A stretch of DNA of 64,000 nt from Octopus vulgaris (GCA_951406725.2 OX597834.1:14694001-14758000); one strand, 5' to 3'. Shown: positions 1-14,122, counted from the stretch's first letter. The notes: generated by a model from the letters alone, not told the origin. Program-made: numbers and translations.

Positions 1-13
1 CACACACACATAT

Positions 14-67
<54 letters not shown>

Positions 68-227
68 GACGGGCTTCTTTCAGTTTCCGTCTACCAAATC
101 CACTCACAAGGCTTTGGTCGGCCCGAGGCTATAGCAGAAGACACTTGCCCAAGACGCCACGCAGTGGGACTGAACCCGGAACCATGTGGTTGGTAAACAA
201 GCTACTTACCACGCAGCCACTCCTACG

Positions 228-231
<4 letters not shown>
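1..231 (-). mobile_element. SINE family A, 5' half (runs off the window edge inside its internal CA/TA microsatellite)
   Basis: Near-identical to other family A copies in the window. Minus-strand head has pol III A-box-like GTGGCTGCGTGGTA and B-box-like GGTTCAGTCC. Confidence 0.85.
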
Positions 232-308
<77 letters not shown>

Positions 309-1056
309 CTATTTCTTGCAAGTCTAGCAACTACATACAGATTCCCTATAGGGCGCAAGAAAGATGTACAACTTGCAGATAACAATCACCAATTAGACTT
401 CTCCATCACTTTGTGAAGATTGAATGTTATTCGCTTAAATGAAGAAATATACATAGCTTGCAATAAGGGAACTCATTGACTATACATTTGATTGGTTTAG
501 CTTGGCTGATTAATTAGTCGCGCAGGAAGATTTATTTTAATAAGTTGTATCCTAATGAAGATTTGTGTCTCAGCGTCGTCCAGCAGACTTCGAGACGTCT
601 AGAAACTGGGGCAATGTGTCACGTGACACGCTCACTCACTCACTCACTCACTCACTCACCCACCTACTCATTAACTCACTGTCTCCCATTATCTAGATAT
701 CTACCTCCCCACATACACACACACACACACATATATATGAATATATGTGTGTCTGTGTGTACATATATTCATAAATAGACGACGGGGTGCTGAAAAGGTC
801 TTGTCTTTAACGGTGTCGGGAAAAGCCTGCTTGAAAAGCCAAATCTCCGTATTATTACCTTTCTTTACAGGGCTCGTGAGTAGGACCGTCGCAAAATGCT
901 AAATAAAATATGTTAAATAAAATCCTAATTAACTGATCCTCCTGTATTTATGCACATTTAAGTTTTGCAATGTAAATGTGATAGAAACCACAGCAGAGAA
1001 TATTAGTATATGTAAGCTTTATACTAATAATCAATAGACATTACAGAATAGATAGA

Positions 1057-1500
<444 letters not shown>

Positions 1501-2286
1501 TATTTGTACGTATCTACATACAAACACACACACATATGACGTGATCGGGATAGAAATGGAAATGAATGTGTGCGTATATGTATAATGGCTGACATATTTT
1601 GCATAAATATTTGTGTATAAGCACACATACACACATAGACACATGCTGACACAAATTTGTGGTACAACATAGGTCTGTGCGTTAATCCATACATAGTTTT
1701 ACATATTTACCAAACCATACGCATTATACCAATCTGCAATCTGTAGAAATCTCTTATCTGAATGTCTGTTATTGTTCTGATTACTGTCTTAGAAATCATT
1801 AAATTAGAGTCAATTAGTTTAATACGTTAGTGCTGCAATATGACCACAATCAACAAAATCAACAAAATCATTAAGCGTTCTAGTCAAATCCTGACTATTA
1901 GAATTTATTATAATTCTTCATAATTGACCGAGATTGGTCTTCGTTTGATTTTGAGTATTACATAATTAGGCCATTGACTATGGGCTTCTGCGCATATTAT
2001 TAATCAATGAACATTTAAGTTATTAAAATGATGAAATCTCATTACTTTAAGCACCGTACTTTGATGAAAGTCACACAAATCGAAGGGTCTCGAATTATCT
2101 ATAATATGATTTTCTCGTCTGAAGCATCGTTGTCGAGTATACGTTTTCTAATATAATTGAGGTGCTGCACTGGAAATGGAATGCTTTCTAAGAAAGTATA
2201 GCGTCTATGGAAGATGTCGGGCCCCTTGATGCTGTCTGATAATGAACTTGTGTAAAATTACGTGGAATTTATGCATGTTCTTATTT

Positions 2287-2579
2287 CTATCTATCTATCC
2301 GCTCAGTCGAAGTCGACTCTCGGTTATTCGATGGATCAGTGTCCTCCAGTCAATTCTATCCTGGGCCGCTTCTTTCAGATTGGCTATGTCCATTCCGGTA
2401 TCACTCTTGATGGTGTCAAGCCAGCGGGTTCTTGGTCGGCCTCTTCCTCTCTTGCCACTGACCATTCCGAGCATGATGTCCTTCTCCAGGTATTTTCTCC
2501 GCATAATATGACCAAAATATGCCAATCTATGCTTGGTGATGCTAGCTTCTAGCGACATTTTCGGCCTGATCTGCTTAAG
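2287..2579 (-). mobile_element. 5'-truncated RTE-clade LINE 3' end with (ATAG)n tail
   Basis: ORF 2295-2558 reads RLAYFGHIMRR..LEKDIMLGMVSGKRGRGRPRTRWLDTIK, typical of the RTE/BovB C-terminus. The stop runs straight into TAGA repeats. Imperfect flanking repeat ttcttattt/ttcctattt. Confidence 0.85.
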
Positions 2580-3329
2580 AACTTCCTATTTAAACGATGA
2601 TAAAATTATTTCCTTTGAATGAATGAGACTGTTATATACGTGGCCGTTGATACACAGAAGATAATACAAACTCGTTACCTATTCAAATATACTTCAGACA
2701 CAATTTCCTCTCCTTTATCATGGAAAAATTCCCGTTATTGACAAATAGTTGTAGAAACTTCCAGTCAGTTCGAAACGTCATTTAAGCAGATTGATGGCTA
2801 CACGCATTTCGGAATTGTTACCTTCTTTTGTATTCCCAGTTCTAACTCAGAAATCCCCATCTATACTGTTAGGCACAAAATACATTCTGCCGGCATTCTG
2901 GATATCGTCTACTTAAGGATATAAACAAGGATATAGATGTTATATTTCGCTCGCAAATATCTCTCAAAGAAATTTTGTTACTAATGCAGTGAGTTTTACA
3001 GAGGACAACATAGTCGGTAGATGCCCCGATAAAGTAAGTTGATATTTGAAGGTTATAAATTCTGCATTCTGTATTTAATTTGCATTGCATGAGAACAGAA
3101 CTACTCATCCGTGTATAACATGGATTAATGCACGTTTAAATGGAATTTGGCTTTCAGGTCAATTCTTTTTAATTCTACTTAAATTTCTAAGAATGTCAAA
3201 TATATTTTTCACCTTCATGGATTGCTAGTTAGCGTTAAGTTAGACGCATTCTATTAAAATTCCATTTGCATTTCCAAAGCTTTATAGCAGCTTAAACCGA
3301 GCGAAGTAACTGCATTCTCGTATACATGC

Positions 3330-3377
<48 letters not shown>

Positions 3378-3452
3378 GTGTGCATGTCTTTGCGAATTTC
3401 TGATTACGGGTACATATGTCTGTACATAAAAATACAATCTCACACACACATA

Positions 3453-3489
<37 letters not shown>

Positions 3490-3510
3490 GTGTGTAGGTA
3501 TGCATGTATG

Positions 3511-3548
<38 letters not shown>

Positions 3549-3696
3549 AACACACACACACACACACATACACACATATATATATATATATATATATACG
3601 TAAGCATATTCCCCACTTTTAGGAGAGGAAGCCACAGAAAGACACGCACCACGCTTACCGTTTATTCCTTAGATAACTTAGAAATGTCTGAAACAC

Positions 3697-3727
<31 letters not shown>

Positions 3728-3733
3728 TGTATG

Positions 3734-3767
<34 letters not shown>

Positions 3768-4278
3768 CATGCAGGTATGTATGCGTGCAGGTATGTATGC
3801 ATGCATGTACGTATTTATGTACGTATGTATGTTCGTATATATATATATATATATATGAAGGGGTTCTGAAAAGATCCTGGCTCTGTTAAAAGAAAATACT
3901 GGAGGTTCTGTTAATTATGATTTTATTGAATATATTCCAGCGGTCCTTATTTTTCCTAGGCCTTGTGAAAGGACTCGGAGGATCGTGTCCCGAAACAAGT
4001 CTTTCGCAATACCTATTATATAACAACCTTGTCGTGTGCCCTGCCAGAGTTTCTAGCAATTGTTCAGCCACGATTAATATACATAGGATTACTGGATGGA
4101 CTCAGGTCTAATAAATGAGTATTACTTGTTAAATATTGCAACTGGCAAGTTTTGAACTATGCAAACAGTAGCCATGGAGATGAAACTTTTTTGTCTGTAT
4201 CTTCGAAAGAATTTAGCGTCTTTAATAAAAAAAAAATTGCCGAAGAGAAACAAAAGGAAGTTTACTTTTCAATCTGTG

Positions 4279-4664
4279 TAATAAGTAGCTCGCTTACGAA
4301 CAACGTGGTTCCGGTTTCAGTCCCACTGCGTGGCAGCTTGGTCAAGTGTCTTCTCGAGTCGACCAACACTTGTGAGTGGATTTGGTAGAGGGAAACTGAA
4401 AGAAGCCTGTCGTACATATGTATATATGTGTATACATGTATGTGTGTGCATATGTTTGTCTGTGTTTGTCCCCCCAACATCGCTTGACCACCGATGCTGG
4501 TGTGTTTACGTCCCCGTAACTTAGTAGTTTGGCAAAAGAGATCAATAGAATAAGTACTAGGCTTACATAGAATAAATCCTGGGGTCGACTTGCTCGACTA
4601 AATGCGGTGCTGCTCCAGCATTGCCACAGTCGAATGACTGCAACAAGAAAAGAGTAAAAGAGTA
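4279..4664 (+). mobile_element. SINE family A, diverged near-full copy
   Basis: Colinear with other A copies; internal TA/TG tract; (GAGTAAAA)n tail. Confidence 0.85.
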
Positions 4665-4908
4665 ATTTGGAAAGTATTTGATAAAAGTCTGCTTTGTGAA
4701 ATATTTTTAGCAATTCGAATTAAAGTGTTCTCTGGTTATACAAGAACGTAAGAAAATTTTTTTAAAAATGAAAGCACAATTAAATGATATCGTATACTGA
4801 AACTAACATTTACAATTTATTACACAATTACTTTCCAAAAGTTAATATTGCGGAATAGCTGAAGCCATTGGCTACAGTTTTGGAGAACAGGTTCTATCAC
4901 GTAACGAT

Positions 4909-5293
4909 GGAAGCACTCCGTCGGTTACGACGACGAGGGTTCCGGTTGATCCGAATCAACGGAACAGCCTGCTCGTGAAATTAACGTGCAAGTGGCTGAG
5001 CACTCCACAGACACGTGTACCCTTAACGTAGTTCTCGGGGATATTCAGCGTGACACAGAGAGTGACAAGGCCGGCCCTTTGAAATACAGGTACAACAGAA
5101 ACAGGAAGTAAGAGTGAGAGAAAGTTGTGGTGAAAGAGTACAGCAGGGATCACCACCATCCCCTGCCGGAACGTCGTGGAGCTTTTAGGTGTTTTCGCTC
5201 AATAAACACTCACAACGCCCGGTCTGGGAATCGAAACCGCGATCCTATAACCGCGAGTCCGCTGCCCTAACCACTGGGCCTTTGCGCCTCCAC
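4909..5293 (-). mobile_element. SINE family C (tRNA-derived head, Arg-like)
   Basis: Near-identical to 26892-27270 and 28915-29287. Head has GGCCCAGTGGTTAGGGC (A box) and GGTTTCGATTCC (B box). Confidence 0.88.
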
Positions 5294-6357
5294 GCGCAAC
5301 ACTCTAACCAACAGGCCATGAGCCTACATAACTATATCTCAGACTTCATTATGCAACCCTGCCATTTGAATATAAGAGTGTGAAATTAAACCTAAGATTC
5401 CTAAAGTTCACAGATCATGTGGCTGAGAAGCTAAAATACAACAAAACGTCGGTAATGTTATTCAAAAGAAGATAACAGTTAAAGTAGAATGCCCGACGCC
5501 CATTGAAATTAATATTAGCAGTTCATGGGGCTGATAACACCGTATGTTGGGAAACAGTAAATTCAATGTCGGTTTGATTGCAATTTCAAACAACCGGAGC
5601 GATTACGTACCGGTTGAGTCATTGTCTCCTAAAAATTAATTATTTAAAATCGAACACGATAGAGTTTTGTTTGATCACGGAAGAAACGCCGTTAAAAAAT
5701 TTCCATAGATAACCATGAGTTTATGACATCCTACACCTTATAAAATGGAGATAATTATACAAAATAGGATATTAATGATTTAATTTTTCCAGAACCTTTT
5801 ATGCAAAACCAAAGCGGGAAAATGATAATAGGTATTGACGACGGTAGGATTTGATATCAGAAATTGAGGAATCTAAATTAGACGAAGCATCTTGAAAACA
5901 GCTAATATCTACTATTGGAGAAAGAGCCATTTATATAACCCTAAAACCTTTAAATATAGATAAAACAATTTAATCTAATGGAAACGGGTTTAAATTGAGT
6001 TAGAATAATTGCTTTAAAATTTAATATAAACTATATGCGCGATGGGGTGAAAAGGATAAATACATTTACATATATATTTGTATGTCTATAGAATATTTAT
6101 GCAAAAAGCATCCATTAGAGAAAGTATACACAGAGAAAATTGATATATATAGGCAAGTCTATATAAATCTCCATATATTAATGAAATTTATTAATATGCA
6201 TGATTTAATATAATTATCATAGTGATACCTTACAACAGGCGAAAATTTATACACGTATGATAAATACATACTACATTACATACATATACATATATATATA
6301 TATATATATGTATTTATATATATATACATATATATATATTTATATATATATATATAT

Positions 6358-6418
<61 letters not shown>

Positions 6419-6769
6419 CGTATATATGTATATATATATATATATATACATACACAAACAAGAATACGCACATATATATATATATATATATACATATGAA
6501 GAATATATATACACATATATACATGCATATATATGTATATACGTAATTGTGCGGGTGTGGATGTGGATCTGTATGTGTGTGTGAGAGAGAGAGAGTGTAT
6601 ATATGTTGGAGTGTGCCTGCTCAGGAGTGATATTCAATACCTTGCACATTCAATTGAACACACCTCATATAATTGCAAACACAAGCGTGTATGCGGCTCA
6701 GTCCACAGAGATATTACATTAAACGTATGTTTATATATGTGTATGGCTGCTTTAGCATATATATATATA

Positions 6770-6800
<31 letters not shown>

Positions 6801-7175
6801 ATATTAGGATTGATATGCAAATTTATATAGGTATACGAATAGAAAATTTTCAAAAAATTATGAACAAATATCATCATAGTTGTTTGCTTTAGACAAACTA
6901 TTCAAGTGTACCGAGAAGCGAAATCATTTACCGTAGCGTGTGACGTAAACTGCAGTTTACTGTGCACGCTCGCGCAGATATTCAAATACATTTACTCACA
7001 CGCACACTGAGACATGTGTTTGTATATGCATGAATACGTATATACATATACATATATATGGGTAAATAGACATTACATACATAGATAATTAGATAGACAG
7101 ATAGATAGATAGATAGATGCTAAAAATGTAAGCACGTTATATCATACATGGGTGTGTGTAAAGGTGTATATATCT

Positions 7176-7279
<104 letters not shown>

Positions 7280-7302
7280 GTTTATATATATATATATATA
7301 TA

Positions 7303-7515
7303 GTTAATCCAAACAAGAAAGCACAAAAAAAACACCACAACGCGAGGACGTGGAACAAATATAGTATTATTGGACGCTCAGGAAAGAAGGAAAGAAGGAG
7401 GGTTTAACGTTTCCAGCGGAGCTCTTCGTCGGAAACATAGGAGAAGGAAAGATCCAGAGAATGGAAGACAGAGGAAAACAAAATCGCCAACGGTACACAC
7501 GCGGTCACAGATTCA

Positions 7516-7518
<3 letters not shown>
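7303..7518 (-). mobile_element. Short TA-embedded element carrying a hammerhead-like motif (related to family E)
   Basis: Flanked by (TA)n on both sides; shares TTCCTGAGCG and the HHR-like block with 11028-11156 and 53881-54052. Confidence 0.6.
7402..7436 (-). ncRNA. Minimal hammerhead-like motif, U4C core
   Basis: Minus strand: gttt-CCGACGA-a-gagc tcc gctg-GAAA-CG-TT-aaac. Stem I gttt/aaac; stem II has one mismatch. Confidence 0.55.
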
Positions 7519-7568
<50 letters not shown>

Positions 7569-8026
7569 ATGCAAACACACACAGACACACACACATTAGA
7601 TAGTGCACGTGAGTGTGTGAACCAGTACTTCGGCTGGAATATGAGAAAGGTGGTATAAATTGATTCCGGTACTTATCAAGATATACTCGAATAGTTTTAG
7701 ATATGTAGCAAATTCCTCAATATACGAGTAAATTCCTTCCTGGAGAATACTCGTAAAGCGGGTAATCGTAAAGTAAGGTATATGTATATACACCCGCACA
7801 GATGCTCGCGCATATATACCTTCGTATTTGGCTAAATTTGATTCTTCTAAATTATTCTAACGCCTCAGGCTTGAATACGTGGAGCACTTCAAACTGAAGA
7901 CTATGCATTGGAGAAAACCCTTTTCCTTATAATCATATATATATATGTATATGTGTCTATATACATATATACGTAATCTGATCAATAAGTATCCGGACTG
8001 TTGCTATAGCAACGAAGCTAAAGCAC

Positions 8027-8369
8027 TCGTCTCCTTATGAGAGCTCAAAATCTCTCGTGGAAACGCCATCCAACCAAAATGCAAATACATGGGAAACTAC
8101 CACCTGTGTCATCTCTTGTGAACGGTAGGAGAGTCCAGTTTGCTGGACATTGTTGTAGAGCTGAAAAAGAAGTAATTTCTACTCTTCTCCTCTCTGGATA
8201 CCACAATACTCACAATACCAGAGGGCGCACACTCTCCTACCCTGATGTAATCTCCAGGGATACAGGCATCCAGCAACAGGACCTCCGTAACGCCATGATG
8301 AACCGTGAAGTCTGGCGTAGCATGGTAAATTCCATTGTCTCGACCACGGTCGAACAATGATGATGATTG
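8027..8369 (+). mobile_element. 5'-truncated LINE 3' end (RTE/RTE-X-like) with (TGA)n tail
   Basis: ORF 8037-8360 reads LSWKRHPT..RRVQFAGHCCR..YPDVISRDTG..AMMNREVWRSMV, matching the RTE-type C-terminal pattern; ends tgatgatgat. Confidence 0.78.
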
Positions 8370-8707
8370 CTATACACGCGCACAGATGCTCGCGCATATA
8401 TACCTTCGTATTTGGCTAAATTTGATTCTTCTAAATTATTCTAGCGCCTCAGGCTTGAATACCTGGAGCACTTCAAACTCAAGACTATGCATTGGTGAAA
8501 ATCCTTTTCCTTATAATCATATACCTATGTACGTTTAAATATTTGTTGTGCAAGATTTTTTATGTGAAGTCGTTTGTTGAAACAGATATTGTTGTATTTA
8601 GGAATGGTCATTTTGTCAGTTTAGCCAATAAAAACACACGCACTATATATTTGGTGTTACTTTGCTTCAGTGTTATTTATTTTTTACATTAATCTTAATC
8701 TTATTTC

Positions 8708-8752
8708 GGCCAGAGTTCTTTCGTCACACTCCTGTGACCGCATCAGTGGTCC
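8708..8752 (-). ncRNA. Hammerhead-like motif inside the 8531-8796 insertion
   Basis: Minus strand: ggacca-CTGATGC-g-gtcaca ggag tgtgac-GAAA-gaac-TC-tggcc. A9C deviation; perfect 6-bp stem II. Confidence 0.6.
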
Positions 8753-8823
8753 TTTGTTTTCTTCTTACTTATTTGTGTCTCTCCTTACTAACTGGCATAT
8801 GTATACGTGTCTATATACATATA

Positions 8824-9449
8824 TACGTAATCTGATCAATAAGTATCCGGACTGTTGCTATAGTAACGAAGCTAAAGCACGGAGGGTAAAGCCGCTCGGC
8901 ACAGATTGACCTTGGACGAACCTGAGCATTCGCATTAAAATTTAACGTTCTAGCTCCTTCCGCTGTTTAGAGCAATACTTGGAAGCATAGAGTATGGCGT
9001 GTGATCGTAGCATTGACCATGACAGAATATTGAGCAGAGAATTTGCACCAAATTTTGTCAAAAGCTTGGTGATATCTGCTCACAGGCCTACGCAAACTTT
9101 ACAAAAAAGCTTTCATCCTTCTTGACGCAATCCAGGACAATTTGTGCATCGTAAACCCGTGTTTCGTTTTGGTCAGCTGAAAGCAGTTTTGGTACAAATT
9201 AGGCAGACACGCGTCTCATACCCTCTTTTACTCTTTTACTCTTTTACTTGTTTCAGTCATTTGACTGCGGCCATGCTGGAGCACCGCCTTTAGTCGAGCA
9301 AATCGAACACGGGACTTATTCTTTGTAAGCCCAGTACTTATTCTATCGGTCTCTTTTGCCGAACCACTAAGTAACGGGGACGTAAACACACCAGCATCGG
9401 TTGTCAAGCAATGCTAGGGAGAGAAACACAGACACACAAACATATACAG

Positions 9450-9482
<33 letters not shown>

Positions 9483-9830
9483 CGACTGGCTTCTTTCAGT
9501 TTCCGTCTACCAAATCCACTCACAAGGCATTGGTCGGCCCGGGGCTATTAGCAGAAGACACTTGCCCAAGATGCTACGCAGTGGGGCTGAACCCGGAACC
9601 ATGTGGTTGGTTAGCAAGCTACTTACCACACAGCCACTCCTGCGCCTATACCCAAATCTTCAGTAATAATGGACTGCACAGAATGGTAACTAATCTGCAC
9701 AACCTCTGATAACTCACGGATGGTGACTCAACGATTTCCCTCACAACTCCATGCACAGCTACGATGTTTTTTCTTAGCTCTGCTGGTTGTAGGTCTCCCA
9801 CATCGTTCGTCACTATCGACTTTTCCAGCT
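8824..9830. mobile_element. Rearranged mariner remnant interrupted by a family A SINE
   Basis: TIR-like tacgtaatctgatcaataagtatccggac. Plus-strand EQRICTKFCQKLG resembles a mariner N-terminus. Minus-strand IITEDLGMRRVSA*FVPKLL resembles the WVPxxL region and is split by the SINE with ATACCC duplicated. Confidence 0.72.
9223..9648 (-). mobile_element. SINE family A, full length
   Basis: Head, internal microsatellite and (GAGTAAAA)n tail all present; ATACCC on both sides. Confidence 0.9.
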
Positions 9831-10029
9831 TTCATTTTTACCACTTTTGGTAATCAGTTTGAGTTCTACAGTTTTCTTATAAGCTGACTTGGTGAATACA
9901 GTTTAACCCTAAGCGCAGGAAGAGCCACCGATGAGAATTAAGCTAATCTAGCATCATAATTCGAAATCACCGGTAATCTGATATGTCCGCTAGGTAACCC
10001 ACTCATATTATTTGTAGTATATATTTATA

Positions 10030-10610
10030 CATTTATAACAATAAGGGTTTAGCAACAGGTTGCTTGACCACATACCGAAAATTTGAGAAATAGCAGACAA
10101 AAGACTACTATTTCAAGTCAACAGTCAACAATATTTGTTGATAGATAAACATATTTCTTTACCTCCACCCGTTTAATACAATAAATGATTTAATTACATT
10201 GCAATTAAAAACAGTTATGTATTAAGAATGTGGGTACTTCACCAAAAGTATATTGGATAAATACTATTCCTTAGTGGGTTACACACATAACGCCTAACTT
10301 ACTTTGTGTATGTATATATATATATACAGAAATATTAAAATTACTAAGTTTCTCTAAAAGAAATATCGGCAGTGTTACTCGAAATTAATAGTTATCGCCA
10401 TACTAAAATGGCAATCTTATAAATATAAGACTAAAGCTGTCGATGATTAGCTCCAAGAGGCCACCGCCTCAAGCTAGCTATTTGACACACAATCTGCGTC
10501 CATTATAGACTTTCGAACAGGGGAGGTCAGCCGCTTCATCCTGCTAGTCAGACAGCTGCAGACGCGTTTCAGGGTAGTTGCCCTTTATCAATGCATCGTA
10601 GTCAGACCCA

Positions 10611-10612
<2 letters not shown>
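10030..10612 (-). mobile_element. Non-coding HHR-bearing element (Penelope pLTR-like), related to 48107-48535
   Basis: Shares taagggtt.agcaac..accacataccgaa..gaaatagcag with 48217-48270; abuts (TA)n; contains an HHR fold. Confidence 0.55.
10557..10595 (-). ncRNA. Minimal type-I hammerhead, U3:A8 variant
   Basis: Minus strand: tgca-TTGATAA-aggg caacta ccct-GAAA-CGCG-TC-tgca. Stems I and II pair perfectly; the stem III region is palindromic. Confidence 0.75.
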
Positions 10613-10641
<29 letters not shown>

Positions 10642-10644
10642 CGG

Positions 10645-10698
<54 letters not shown>

Positions 10699-10988
10699 GG
10701 ATACGAAATCAATGAAATTTTTGGGTTGCAAAGTGCTTACCAAGCATCCACAAGTGCGTCTATAGAGTGGTAACGTAAGAATAAAGACAATAACTACGAA
10801 AAGAGCAGCACATACTGCAATAACATGGACGACAGCAGCAAGAACAGCTACAGAAATTACAAGCTTGACTTGTACAGTGGTTGTACGATATCGGTCATGT
10901 CACTTCAAATATGTCGGTGACATCGTGATAATAATGATTTAAATAACATCTTGAGCGTTTGTCTCCATTTTCCGTTATTCTTCTCTCT

Positions 10989-11027
<39 letters not shown>

Positions 11028-11031
<4 letters not shown>

Positions 11032-11154
11032 GAAGAGCGTAGGCTCGAAACGTAAAAGACTATTTCTGTTCCTGAGCGTTATATTAATACATCTGTTTGT
11101 TTTGTACACCACCTGTCTTCGTCTTTTGCTTTTTCTTTTCGTAGACTCTCCCCC

Positions 11155-11156
<2 letters not shown>
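11028..11156 (+). mobile_element. Family E short element with 5'-damaged hammerhead-like motif
   Basis: tgtaga-a-gagc gtag gctc-GAAA-CG-TA-aaaga; homologous to 53881-54052; (TA)n on both sides. Confidence 0.65.
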
Positions 11157-11250
<94 letters not shown>

Positions 11251-11834
11251 TATATTAGAAGTAGGTAATAATGGCGTCAAAATTCTATCTATTTCCTGAT
11301 GTAGGCTCGCAAACGATAACTTCGAAATGACTATGCGCGTTTTACCCGAAAAGGTTTACCAAACATGTACAATATCTACCGTTATTGAATACCTATTCAG
11401 TTAAATGTAAATTATTTTTATGCATAACTTTACATAAAGACCATTCACACCCAGCCACACAGACACACCCTAACACATTTATATATAGAGAGAGTCTGAG
11501 TTAGAAGGACAGTGAATGAGAGGCAGAATGAAGGAAAGAGAAAGAGAGAGAAGGAACGTAAAGGTAGACAAAGCAAATCGCAGCGGGTTAATCCTAGCAT
11601 ATTTCAACAGAATAGAACTGCAAGTAGGGACATCATTGTGAATATACGTTGGCGGTATATTAGCTAATATTCCTGCACATCTCCCCTGTTTTACTTGCGG
11701 AAATTTTTCTCGTTCTACAAGGGGTTAAGAAATTAATTTTCTCTTTGCTCCTCTTTGTCGACATATTGAAAACGTTATTTAATATTTTATTTAAAAGATA
11801 TTTCAGCAAAAAAGCATGTGTTATACAGAAAGAT

Positions 11835-11948
<114 letters not shown>

Positions 11949-12403
11949 GTATATATATGTATATATATCTATGTATATATATACATACATACATACATAC
12001 ATACATACACACACACACATATATATATGTATATATATACATATACATACACATGCGCACGTATGTATATATACATATATATATATATGAGTGTGAGTGT
12101 GCTTGTGTGTGTATCTATATATATATATAGATGGATAGATAGATAGATATATAGATAGATACGTTTATATAATTTGATATATATGAAGAAATATATAATA
12201 TAAATTACCAACAAACAAAATGATATATATATATATGTATATTTATATATATTTGCATACACACACGTGCACACGCACACACATACACACACAAACACCC
12301 ACACGGATATATCTCTCATGTATACACACATGCATAGAAATATACAATATATATGTGTGTGTATATGTATACATAAACGTAGTATACATACAAATATAAA
12401 TAT

Positions 12404-12492
<89 letters not shown>

Positions 12493-12833
12493 AATGTGTG
12501 TGTGAGTTCGTGTGTATGTAATGTGTTATATATGGATAAAAATAAAAAACACACATTTTCAACTTGCAAAATTCTATATTTAATACAAGTGTGCCCGTTT
12601 TACGTTTAAAAAAATGTCCCTTTTTACGTTATAACTGGGAGAATATTAAAGTTGGAGATATATTAAAATATATAGAGATCAAAGTGAATGTATGAATATA
12701 AGAGTATGAAAAAACACGACAAAATATTTACGAGGAAAGGCTTGGATATGCCTGACAGTAGGGACAATCAAATATTGCATTTCAAATCTATTACTTATGA
12801 AATATTAAACATATATATACACATGTACATATG

Positions 12834-12871
<38 letters not shown>

Positions 12872-13132
12872 TTTTTTCATTGATAGCACTGATATATGAG
12901 TGTGAGTACGAACGTGTGTGAGTGTGTGTTAGCTTGGAATATAGTGTGTTATTCTCATATGGGTTTGTACAGAAAACTATGATGTAAATCCATGTATACA
13001 TAGGCAAACTGTATGAGCGGAATCTCATACAGAGGCAGGCCCCTTATGTACGTATGTGTTCGTTACTCTGTATCTCTCACAAGTTTCCTTTTTCTCTCTC
13101 ACTGTATCTCTCTCTATATATATAGATATATT

Positions 13133-13167
<35 letters not shown>

Positions 13168-13168
13168 T

Positions 13169-13203
<35 letters not shown>

Positions 13204-13263
13204 TTATATATCTATATATATATATATATATATCGTTATATATATATATATATATATATATCG

Positions 13264-13321
<58 letters not shown>

Positions 13322-13846
13322 TTATATATATATATATATCTTTATATATATATATATGTATATATATAAACACATATATATAAGTATATACCAATATTTT
13401 TTTATGTATGCAAATATATATGTGTGAGTGAATCGATGCATGTATATATATATAGACAGACAGACACACATGCATATATGAATAAATACGTACCTGAATA
13501 CATATAGATGCGTATGTACCTGTGTGGCGATCGATTCTATTTCATCAACATGCTGAAAGTATCGTTTAATAAGCGTCCCTAAATGTGACTATTAACATTG
13601 GCCGTATGAACTTGAAAAAAATTATGACGTCATATTAAAAGTACAATTTTTTATAATGCTTTTTAGATGTTTGACAAAGGCTAGGATTGTAATTTCGGAA
13701 TCCTACCGCATTTGGCTTTTCAAACGCTGTTTTGCAAAGCTATCAAACATAGAATTAACACTCGTTTGCTGCATTCAGCGGGTATACATGTGCGCGTGCT
13801 TATGTATGTATGTATGTATGTATGTATGTATGTATGTATATATATA

Positions 13847-14079
13847 TATTTCTTTACTACCCACAAGGAGCTAAACACAGAGGGGACAAACAAGGACATA
13901 CAAAGCGATTAAGTCGATTCCATCGACCCCAGTGCGTAACTGGTACTTAATTTATCGACCCCGAAAGATTGAAAGGCAAAGTCAACCTCGGCGGAATTTG
14001 AACTCAGAACGTAGCGGCAGACGAAATACGGCTACGCATTTCGCCCGGCGTGCTACCGTTTCTGCCAGCTCGCCGCCTT
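13847..14079 (-). mobile_element. SINE family B (young subfamily) inserted in (TATG)n
   Basis: Matches 61064-61296. B box GAGTTCAAATTCC; central GCCTTTCA-TCTTTCGGGGTCGATAAATTAAGTACC resembles the Deu/Nin SINE domain as recalled. Confidence 0.9.
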
Positions 14080-14088
14080 GTATGTATG

Positions 14089-14122
<34 letters not shown>

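Larger units (their letters stand above)
7787..8880 (+). repeat. ~240-bp direct duplication (7787-8026 and 8371-8880) flanking a LINE fragment; copy 2 has a ~265-bp insertion
   Basis: Both copies run from tatacac.cgcacagatgctcgcgc to gaagctaaagcac with few substitutions. Confidence 0.9.

Noticed and set aside
780-850. Mariner-like TIR fragments (also ~3855-3890)
   Set aside because: No partner TIR or transposase sequence located, so boundaries cannot be supported.
4956-5159. Similar ORFs recurring at several loci (also 26939, 13932, 21896, 22541)
   Set aside because: They lie inside SINE copies, so the recurrence reflects the repeat and not a gene family.
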